The notes below the pieces were generated by a model. The model was not told where the DNA came from and did no database searches. It worked only from the letters and a program-made list of their open reading frames with translations. The translations under genes were made by a program, and so were the position numbers. A stretch of 57,111 nucleotides of DNA, counting the filler, from Sluysia triapertura (lineage: Eukaryota), in the NCBI GenBank assembly GCA_046118255.1. It is 4 parts of 4 records of this genome, joined end to end, with 100 filler letters (N's around TTAATTAATTAA, not from the genome) between each part and the next. Parts side by side here need not be neighbours in the genome. Positions count along the whole stretch, not along the records: positions 27,730 to 38,726 come from JBJNIA010190330.1; positions 38,827 to 57,111 come from JBJNIA010160820.1; 2 more parts are not named here. One strand, given 5' to 3'. Shown here piece after piece: positions 37,219 to 48,500 of the stretch; position 1 is the stretch's first letter; each line of letters opens with the position of its first letter.

Positions 37219-38644
37219 TTAATATGTGTTGTGATTGTCAAATGTTGTTTTATGATGTTTGTGATGGTGTAATTCGGAAGTAAAAAGTATGAAAATTGCA
37301 TTTTAATGAATTTGATTTATAGATATTAGGTTTAGTAGTTTGATTGGGTTTGAATTATGAGTGTTGACCACTACAGACTTTACCATGAAACCCTCATAAC
37401 ATAAAAATGCAGAATTGCAAATTCATAAGTGTCATAAATTGGTATTCGATTCTCACTCTAGCACTTTATTCATATATTTGAATTATTTATTCTCATTATG
37501 TGAAATTTCAAGATATGAAATTTGAGATATACCTGAAGAAATGTGATAATCGAAAGATGATACTGTGTTCATCAAATTTATATAAAGTAAAAGAAAGATG
37601 ATGGTAAGTTTTATGTTGATATAGTGCAATAGAAGGATATGTATTTCGATATTTGTAGTTTAATAGTTTACGGTATCTATGTCCAAATGTATATTGTTAC
37701 CTTCAGATTCATAAGTGTAAGATTGTGCGACATGTACTCTTTATAATCAAAGGATTCGTTAGATTGAGAATTTTGGTCAAAATATCTTGTGTGATGTTAA
37801 AAATATCACTGTCATTGTGAAGATTATGAAGGAAGCATGAAATTGTTAGAAGTAGATTCGAATCAATGATCTAGTACATGGATTTTCCTGGCTAAACTCT
37901 ATGACAAAATCAATGCAAAGTTTGCTATGTGATCAAGATGATTTTTGGCACCATAAGTAACCAGTTACTAAATATTTTTCCATTAAAGTATTAAGAAAAT
38001 AAAATTGTTTACAAATCATTAAATTTATATCCTAAGAAAATTCATTTAATTCATACTTTAATTAATACTGTTCTTTCATAACGTTCGTCTAGTTTAGCTC
38101 ATTATTTTTAATATATCATCTCGTTTACCCTCATAATATATTTTAACAAAATTCTTGCAGCCATAAACTTATATTTTTTAAACATTATTTAACTTAATTT
38201 TCCAACTCTGAACTTTTATTAGCTCAACCACCTTATTTTTGACTAATGCTTTATAAATATGGTTTGTCTAATTTTAATTATTTTAATTTTAGCGCAGAGA
38301 ATTATCAAATTCATTTTAGCCAATTAAAACTGCATTAGCATATCTGAAAAAATATACTTGTAATTGTCTTGCAACCAATATTGATTTACACTTTAGTTAT
38401 GAGACCTGGAGGCCATTTTGAATTTTATCTAAATTATTATTATTATTATTATCAAATAATTATTAATAAAATAATTAATAATTAATTAATTCTTAATAGG
38501 CAATTTCTATCAATTTGGCGTCTTGTTTATACTGAGGTTGCTGCTGCTTGTGATCTTCGCGATACTAAGGATTATAATAATTTTTATAGTGCTCTTAACA
38601 GTAAAATAACCCTGCTTTTCATATCTTTTATCTTCTAAAGTAGA

Positions 38645-38726
38645 TGTAATAATATAATAATAATATATTAATTTATATTGCGCTCATATCTACCGCGAAA
38701 GTACTCAAAAGCGCTTAAGGTAAATC
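38645..38726 (-). mobile_element. L2-clade LINE/SINE 3' tail
   Basis: The minus strand reads TAAGCGCTTTTGAG..GATATGAGCGCAATATAAAT..(TAT)n, the typical L2-type terminal stem-loop plus short-repeat tail. It abuts the gap. Confidence 0.6.
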
Positions 38727-38826
38727 NNNNNNNNNNNNNNNNNNNNNNNNNNNNNNNNNNNNNNNNNNNNTTAATTAATTAANNNNNNNNNNNNNNNNNN
38801 NNNNNNNNNNNNNNNNNNNNNNNNNN
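38727..38826. other. Assembly gap spacer
   Basis: N44-TTAATTAATTAA-N44. Confidence 0.97.
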
Positions 38827-38827
38827 A

Positions 38828-40457
38828 CTTAATAGATAAATTTAGAAATTTGATTTCGAGTAGTTTACAATAATCTATGACTTCGTGATTCTTAAGTATC
38901 GTGAATTTGATTAAAGGACTCATATAGTTAATAAAAAGAAAATAATTCATATCTTTTGTACTATTTAACGTTTGATTAAGTGATCGAAGTTTTGGTGTAG
39001 TGTTTGAGTTATGAATCGTCATCATAACGTAAGACAAAGCGGTTGAATGAATGAGAGAATTAATTGCTGTCAGTTTTGGCATTTTGTACATGACATTTAC
39101 TAATGTTACTGTAATTATAGGTTTATGCTTATAATTATCATGGAAACTTTTACATAATATTACTTTATGTTCCCAGATTATTTCTCTCTGCTACTCTTTA
39201 CAAAAGTAAACTAACTTCATCATTGATAACAACAAGTTTAGAGTATTTTTTTATATCATTAAGAAAAATTATATGAAATTTAATTAACACCCTTTTATTA
39301 TATACCACAAAATGTTTATTTTACAAAATAAGTCTTCTATTGACTGGAATTTATCTTGTACTTTGTTGCATTACACTGATCCTAAGTCTAAACACGTTAT
39401 CTGAAATATAAAATGTTAGAAATTCAAAATAAAATCTTACATACAATACCCGATTGTGAACAAACTTCCTAATAAACTTCGATAGCTCTGTTATACATTG
39501 AACTGTTTGAGGAATTTTATTAATAATCAGTAATCTAGATAGTTGTTGGCCAGACATAATTAAATTAATTCTTATAACTCGTATTGTAATCGGACACTTA
39601 AGCATAACTTTTTTTTATCTCTAAGGCTGACCATACACTTGATCTCCAATTAAGACTTTTCAATGAATTCTTCAATACAGGAAACAAGTACATAAAACGA
39701 CTCTCATCTAATAAAATTAACGAAATCGCTAACTCGGCATCGATATATGTGATACTAAAGATAGTTGATAATTCACTTCTTTCTCGCTCACAATGAATAA
39801 ATGATTTCATGATTACAAACAATTTCTTTTCCAGCAATACCACCAAATTGACTTTTTCTTTGTGTAATGATGAACTATGCATAGTTGACAAAGGTCTTTT
39901 AACGCGTTCAATAGTTTCTGTTTAAGTTTTCCATTCATATAAACTAACATATTATTTTTTAGGAATTTACGATATATTTTCAAAGAACGATCGTTTTTAT
40001 ACAGATTTTCGCCAAAAACCACAGAGGCATCAAAATAATTTAATAAAAGGATTATAAACTTTATGATAAAACGATTAATCATAGTATCACTTTCTAATAG
40101 CATATTAACGTGAGATATTAAGCAATTATAACTAAATCATTTAGGTTCACTCTCGTTAATGTTTCAATATCTGTTTGTTGTATTTCATAATGAGAAGTAA
40201 ATGAAACTTTATAATTTTGAAGTACACAGTATTGATTGTAGACAAGACATAGACCATTGAAAAAGTCTTCATTACTATAGATTTCTAAGTCATCTTTAGA
40301 TAGTTTGATTAGTTGAGATTTGATAAGTTTGATCAATTTTCTGTTGAACTCGTTTGTCTGATAACTGTTTTCGTTCAGGTTATGTTGACGACATTGCATA
40401 GCCAGATAACGATACCAAATGTACATCACCTTGTTTAGTATCTAAATTTTTCTCCAT
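38828..40457 (-). pseudogene. Unidentified decayed long coding region
   Basis: A chain of adjacent or overlapping minus-strand ORFs (40118-40429, 39813-40103, 39598-39891, 39351-39605, 38828-39091) is consistent with one frameshifted gene. Confidence 0.4.
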
Positions 40458-40602
40458 TAATTTACCAAGAATAAAATTCAGAATTTTGTTTTAATTTTTA
40501 TTATTGTTATTCACAAAATAATTGGACTAATAATTTTTGAGTTACCAGAAAAAATAATTTTTTGTTAGGTCACAATTTTTATTTTTATGTCTCCTATTAT
40601 TG

Positions 40603-40662
40603 GTCATCCAATTGGGGCCTTTTAAAAGTAATATACATAAAACTAGGTCTCGATTGGATGAT
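40603..40662 (+). ncRNA. Pre-miRNA-like hairpin 1
   Basis: UCAUCCAAUUGGGGCCU (40604-40620) pairs fully with AGGUCUCGAUUGGAUGA (40645-40661): 17 bp with 3 G-U pairs and a 24-nt loop. Confidence 0.5.
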
Positions 40663-40689
40663 GTATGTGATGGCTAAATTATGATTAAA

Positions 40690-40799
40690 AATTAATACGA
40701 CTGATGATTGACCATCATCAGTGTTGGCACTTTAATGAAAAATGTAACATATAATGTTAACACTGGTGATGGTAGCGACCAGGTTGATCGTCATTAATT
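40690..40799 (+). ncRNA. Pre-miRNA-like hairpin 2
   Basis: ACCAUCAUCAGUGUUGGCA (40711-40729) pairs fully with UGUUAACACUGGUGAUGGU (40755-40773): 19 bp with 3 G-U pairs and a 25-nt loop, plus a basal stem. Confidence 0.5.
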
Positions 40800-40994
40800 G
40801 AAAATTTTAGTACTTTAATGAATTGCTAATAATAATAATAACAATAATAATATTGTTATTATTGTTATTATTGACAATAAAACGCATAAATCTTGTCTTT
40901 AATAAAAATTACACAATCTTCTCTTTCAAATCCTTTGTTCCTTCTAACATATTAAATAAAGAGAGAAAAGAAAAATAAAAAACAATTGGTATTA

Positions 40995-41054
40995 TGTGAA
41001 GGAACAACGGTAACATGGTATACTATGCTTAAGTTATCGTTGCTGCCTTCCACA
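40995..41054 (+). ncRNA. Pre-miRNA-like hairpin 3
   Basis: CAACGGUAAC pairs with GUUAUCGUUG (10 bp, 1 G-U), and UGUGAAGG pairs with CCUUC(C)ACA. The loop is 18 nt. Confidence 0.4.
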
Positions 41055-42571
41055 AAAGAAATGAAGTCTTTAAAACGATATTAAATTTATTTTGAATTTT
41101 TGAAGATGAAAATGATTTGAGCTGGAAGTGAAACAAAGAATGTTAGAATAAATTCTTGAGATTTATTTAAAGTTTATAGTTGAAAATAAGGTTTAAGCAT
41201 TGACTGTAATGGAACCTCTTAGTCGAGTTGATTATAAAAATACTCAGAGTTTTTGACATTTAAAGTTATATTTAAAACCAGTTTCGGATTCAATAAATAA
41301 CAAAACATTAAAACGACGTAATAGCTGTAATTCGAGAAAAACATATTTAGGTTCCATACATGGACTTTATTTGTAGATATAATTGCTTAAAGGGATCTGT
41401 TAAATTAAACTGATAGTTATTTAATATTACAAAAATGACGAATATAATTTAGAATTATTGGACGTCGTCTATTGGACACAACAAATGTAAGAATTTGTAC
41501 GAATATTAAGAGACGTAATTTATTAAAGTTGATTGGTACTTATAAATGAAATATTTCAAAGGTTTATAATGTAAGAGTCTAGAGATAAGTTTAAAAAAGA
41601 AATCAAAATCTTTGAACTAGACCACATAACATAAAAATAAACCAGTACAATTACTTATATTGGTGATTAAGGTAAAAGGAATATAAACTATCTTAAGTAG
41701 ATTAAATAACGAATAAGCCCTTCTTATATAATTTAAAAAGTTAAGGCGTCACTGAAGTTATAATTATATAATTGTAAGGAATACAGTCATCTAAAATAAA
41801 GGTTAGATACGAGTAGAGTTTTTAGAATAATTTCGAACCTATAAGTACTATTACCTGCGAATACGTCACCTTAGGCGGACCATTATTTTTTATACAATTT
41901 GCTAAAAGAAAAAATACTAGCAATATGCATTAGAATTTAATTATAGACATCCAATTTTCCGATTATTTCAGTGTCTTAATCATTCTCGCTTTAAATTTTG
42001 CTTTCAGGTAAATATTTTTAAAGTCTTTCTCGTGCAACTTCAAAATACTTTAACTAAAAAATTATCATAAATTATATCAAAAATTTAGAAAAAGTTAAAA
42101 AATTAGTCAAGAAAGCAAATATTTACTGTTAATGATAAGTTTGAAGTTGTAATGGTATCAAAAAAATGACACCGTATGAATTTTATTGTTAAAGAAATTC
42201 TTGTATGATTACAAATATAAAAATAATTTCAGAACCGAATGTGTCATGTTATGCATTACATTTAATTTTGATATTGATATGAAAAACTTAAATAAGATAA
42301 CAATAACTATAATTTAATCATATTTAATTAAAATGTGAACTCTTAGAATTATAAAATGATTATATTTATTTTAAAATAATTGTAAAAGTAATTGAAAATT
42401 AAATGTCACAAAAAATTGAATTTAGCTTTTATTTAAAGAATTAATTTCAACTTTGAATATTGTTTAGTGTCTTAAAACATTAAATAATATATGAAATATA
42501 AATCCTTCTTCCCTTGTTTGTTTAAAATATTTATTAATTTAGATTTTAAGTGTGCGTCACAAAATTGAAGA

Positions 42572-45500
42572 ATGATGAATAAATATGTGAATAATAAAGT
42601 TATTGTTATACAGTTATAAATAATAATATTTTAGAATACTGATGCTGATGAGAAAACTGATTATGCTATTGGTGCAATATGTAGCTTTTTAACTGATAGA
42701 ATAAATTTAAGCCAAGCTGAAATTTCACGTGGTAAAATACATGAATTTTAAACTATTCTTTTGTAATAATATAATACTTTAAAAATGTGAATATTGTGGT
42801 CTATGTTTTAACTTAAATTAAAAAATGAAGTAATGCGTCAAGTTAACTGTTTTATTTAGAATTTCCCTGTCAAGTTTCTAATTTGGATAATTCAGAATGG
42901 AACATGAATGATGAGGATGAGGACGAGGATGAATTAGCAAGGTAATTAAAAGTACAATTTAATATTTTTTGATGGTGTTATAATTTATTCGTAATGAAAT
43001 CTACGTTATCGCAAATATCGCATTTATATTTTAAAATTTATACTTAAAATGATTAATTACTTGCCTCAATTCAAAAATAACAAAAAATTAAATTAACTTT
43101 ACAGTGATATACTAATCAACTGTAATTATTTTATTACTTTATGGACCACATGAGATCTCATTATTTTAAAGTCTATTTTATTTTGAAGTTGCAGTTATTA
43201 AAAAAATGCGACCTTGACGGATAATGTCTTAAATTAAAATATAGTCTAAGTGACTATAAATGTACAACTTATTATTTTTAATTACTTTTAAAAATATCAA
43301 TTTAATTAAAATTTGCAATTTTTGTATTTAGTGATAGTGATGAAGTTGAATATTTGAAGAAATTATGTTTAGAAGAACTAAGAATACTAACAGAAAAGGA
43401 AGAGATGATTAAGAATCATAATGATTTCTATATAAATGATGATTTTTGTTTGTTTAAGCCTAAGTATGCATTAAAAGAAGATTCGGTTGGTATTTTTATT
43501 ATACATTGCATAAAATTATATAATTAAATATAAAAGCAAGAATGATTGAATCTGCAGACTTTCTTGAAAAAATATTGATTAAATTTCAAATTATAATTGA
43601 AAGTTATATTAGCAGAGTTGTAACTTTGTAAGCAAAAATTTTATATTTTTTCTGATTCTATTGCTTTAAATTATTTTAATTTTTTTAAATAAAATTCCTT
43701 TGTATTATTTACCAAGATTTTATCATTTTTCGTTTCAAAATAAATTAAGCTTTTGGATACACTTTACCGTATACCAATTTAAATCAAAAATGTTCATTAT
43801 TTTTGTGCTTGCATTTACAGAATTACGGTTTTTATTTAGTGCACTGGTTATATTAGTCTGTGCACATTGAAATAATACTTTTTAAATGTAGAGCAGCTTC
43901 AAATTACTCATTTAGTATATGTTACATAGCGAGAATCATGTTCGTTTAGAAAATGTTTAAATTTTAAAATTTTAAATTTCTAAATTTTGTAAAATATACA
44001 TTCATACTTTGTTTAATAATAGTATGAATTTATAATGAATAATTCTTGTTTCAGGACAAAAACCAGAACTTATACAATTCTGGTTATAACCATTGTATGC
44101 CAAAATCACATTTATCGAATCTTTTGGCTGTGGCACAAAATAAATTTTCATTTAAATACGCCAACTGCAATAACTTTACAAACGATTCCATAAATGATTA
44201 CAAAAAGATCACTTATCAACAAAAATTCAATCGTCGTGTCAATATTACTAATGATAATGATGTACGTAATCGTGTACAATGCGGAAATAAAATTGAAGAA
44301 TCTAATTTTACGATTTTACCTTTGAAATCGCTTGAATCAGTACAACATTCATTTGAAAACGTCAGAAATGAAACTAAATCGATAATCGATTTTACAGATT
44401 TTGATAAAATCGATGAATCTAATCAAAGAAGCTTTTCATATCAAAATTCTGTATGTGAAAAATCAGTCGAAGATATTCTTTCAACTTCATTGAATGAAAG
44501 CTTTAATAAATCAATGAATATTTTATCGTCTATGGAAAATAATATTCAAATACTAGAGATAAAATTGACGAATAAAAAGCATAAGTTAAAGAGATACGAA
44601 AAAAAAGTAGATGCGGACATAATTTCTGGTAAAATTAGAAATCTTAAAAATATTGTTGATGTTAGTTAAAATTAATTAATTACTTTTATTTACTTTATTT
44701 AAATTAAAATTAGTGAGAGTTCACTTAGAAATAGTGTCATACGATATTAATTTTTCACTTAATTTATCTTAAGAACATAGTCTCTAATTTGCAATAGATG
44801 AAAAACTACTACTGCTTCGCTAAGCTTAAGAATAAAAAAATATTATTAGTATATATTAAAAATTCAAATGTATAAGGTTTATGTGGTGAATTCAACACAA
44901 CAATAAATCATACGTAGCAAACAAATTCAATGGACAATTTACAACCTTTTATAATCACTTTAAATTTTAGACACCAACTAATAAATTATTTCACATTTGC
45001 AACATGCTTACGTATAAACAGGATTTAAATATTTTATGTGCGTTATCACTTTATTATTCCCAGTTATTTTTGTTTTTATTACAGCGTTTATTCCGTTATC
45101 ATTTTATTCTTATCTTATATTTATCGCTACTGTTCTACACCTACTGCTATAATTTTATCATCTTAGCTTAACTTAATGTACTGTATCAACAATTTATTAC
45201 AATCCACGATCTAAGTTAACCAACATTAACCAGAAAGACAACAAGCACGAATTAACAAGTAAATCTCGGTACCGCTACTACGTATCCATTTCAAATTATA
45301 GTAATACTACATTCTTAATAAACAATATAAATATTACCAAAAAGAAAATGTTGATAATTCCAGAGATAAGATAAGTTAGTTCCAATTATTAATACCTCAG
45401 ACAGTGGCATAAGCCATGCAAATATTGGGTTAATCAGAAATGAACAGAAAATAAAAAATTCTTAATGAGGGACGCGCTAGTTTATAACTACATATTTAGC

Positions 45501-48500
45501 TCCATGTCTGAAATGAAGAGGAAGGTAGAAATTTATAACATGAATTATAAAAATTTTATCCAACATGAATATCAACAAAATATTGCTTGAGAATTTCCCC
45601 GAATTTGTACAAGTATTTTTCGACTTAGCAATATTTTCAGGTTTATAGTGGTACTAAATTATAAAATAATATTTTGTATGTTGGTTACAAGTTATTTTCT
45701 ACTCATTTTTAAGCACATGGAAATTAATACAGACTCCAACAGAATTAGAACAGCGTCCATAATTTCTAGAAACTTTGGACAATAACACGGAGTTCACGTG
45801 GTCGTCAGCTCGACCAGACGAAATGAGGTATTCCAAGATTTACTTGTCTGAGTTAATGTGAATTTAGGTTTTAAGTGTTCACACATAGTGTGGGGTAATG
45901 CATTTTGTTATCATTATTTAATCGAAAATATTTTAGGAAAATTTGAACAATTTTATAAAAACGACAAAATTATTGTTAAACTTATTACCGTATTCAATTT
46001 TCATATAGTTATAATTTTTATTAATAACTTCGTGTTTAAGGTACTTAGGAACAATTATATTAGTGCAACTGAATTATATTAGGAGATACAAAACGTAAAC
46101 AAAATCATTCTTGAGGCGCAATCACAGTTTAAAAGGTTAAAAATTAAAGTCTCATGTATATAAAGGCGCATAGGCCGCGTATTCACATTTACCAGATCTG
46201 GAATTTTCACAATGAGTCGAAGTATTGTTTGTTTTGTCATTTTAGATACTGTTCTAACTACATGATCTGTCATCTCAAGAAACCATACAATTTCAATTTG
46301 GTATTCAATTCTCAAATTTGACACTCTTTGAATCCGTTCAGTATTGACACTCTTCAGAAACTTACACATGCAACCATTGGTGGAATTACATATCGCAGCT
46401 TCAGTGCAATCACATTTGGTTTCCATAAACAGTATGACATCCGAATTATAGGTCAATTTTTCAACACAGACTGGTACAGTTATAAATTGTGATCTGCTAA
46501 AACTTTCATTTACAATTTTGTGTATTAAATAAACATTACTCCAAGTATGTCCGCAATGGTCATTGTTAACATTCCATCCTATTGATAAATTAGCCTTCTT
46601 GTTAGAATAAAGTTTTAAAAATACTGATTTATCTACTTTAACAATTTGGCAATAACTGGACTAAATTATATCAGCATTTAAAATCAATAAGTCACTAATC
46701 AAATGTTGAATATCATTTAAAACTGATTCAATTACATCATCTAATTTAATAATTTTACGAGTTTCTTTTATAAGCTCAATAAATTCATAAAGTTAAATCA
46801 GTATTGGACAGATGACAGTGATAAACTAAATTTTTAAACACATTAAACATTAAATCCGTTTCAATTGCATCACTATCACTTAATGTTTTAATTAAACCTT
46901 GCTTTGTATTTACTACATAACACAATTTAGATAAAGCATAGAGAAACATAATTAATCTATATAAATTAATTCTAAATTAATCTAAAATATTAGAAATTTA
47001 AAGTGTTTCAAAAATATTTTCGCTGTCAGTGAACATAAGTTAATAGCCTGATATGTATTAAGTAAGTTATCAAAGCAAATATCAGAGTAAATATTACTAA
47101 ATAATTTTTGTGAATGGATATAAAATATATATAACTATATATTATTTATATTGTTAAAATTCTTCACAAAAAAACAAATTAAAACAAAAAGCTTTTTTAT
47201 GAATTGGTTGAAATCGACTGTCCTCGAAAGAGCTCTTGAATTTATACTCTTTTAAATTTTATACTAAATTGTTTTTTTTTGTAAATTTAAGGAATTGTCA
47301 GTAGCTTGACACATGAATGAACTGTAATTAGATTGTGATACTTTTGAGCTACTTCAATAGATAATAATTGAGACTTGTAAATGTTTTTTGACGATCTGAC
47401 GTGGGTAGAATTTGAAAATCGATTAATGAAAACAAAATTCGAAATACATGATGTTCACCATCTGATCTGTAAAAATCTATTTATTGATTTATTTCACCAA
47501 CAATGTTTTTATATTTTTTCTTGTTTAAAGACTTAACAAGACTGTTAATTTCAGCAGAAGCTACGAAAAAAATTATGTCATTATGAATTTCAACAAATTT
47601 ACCCATCTATAAAATATAAAAATGGCATCCCAGATAAACATTTATATGATACACAAATAATATACACTAAAAGAATGGTGTTCAAGTGATGATGAGATAA
47701 CAACAAACGTTACTTAAATGCTAATAAACAAAATATTAATAAAATGTTAGAGGTTTTGTTATGCGTCTATGTTTTGTTAATGATGAAAGGTGTAATAGTG
47801 TAAGGATTACGGATGAACTTTGTTTTAGTGTGGTTTTTGTGGTTTATGATTAGAGTAAGTATAATGTATGTAATCTAAGAGGCATTACATCTTATAAAGG
47901 CATTAAGTCTATTTGTTAATAAAGTTGAAAAATTAATTTTTCTTAATAGAGTTATAAGATAAAGTTTATTTCAATATTACATACAATTGATTTAATATAC
48001 AACAAAATAAATGGAAGGAAATAGTTAAACTCCTCACAAGAACTATTAGAAAACTTAATTTGATAGTTTTATTATGTTTTAATGTCATTATTTTTTAGAA
48101 AACTGTTCGCGAAATTGAATCTTTAGAAGCAGAAATCAATGCTTACAATTATAAAGCATTAGGATTTGCAGGTGAGTTGGGATGTGAAGCTAGTTATATA
48201 ATCAATAATGAAGTTCTGAAAGGAAATAATAGTAATATTGATAAAGATGAGCACATCAATGCCAATAATACCGCTAAAATTGTCAGTAGTCAAAATAATA
48301 TCAATGAATATATTTGCAGTAATGAAGATTCTGCTAAAAGTCAGAACAAACCTCAATCACATAACACCATATCAAATTCTGATTTTGAACCAATTGATGA
48401 TAATTTAGATAATGATAGTAAAGATGAAGATATTAAAAATCGAAGCAAAGTCCAATTATATAACTCACATATAATGCTATGTAAAGAATTAATAGAAGTA

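Noticed and set aside
37040-37222. 30-bp tandem array as a CRISPR-like array
   Set aside because: The units are contiguous with no unique spacers, the context is eukaryotic, and there are no cas genes.
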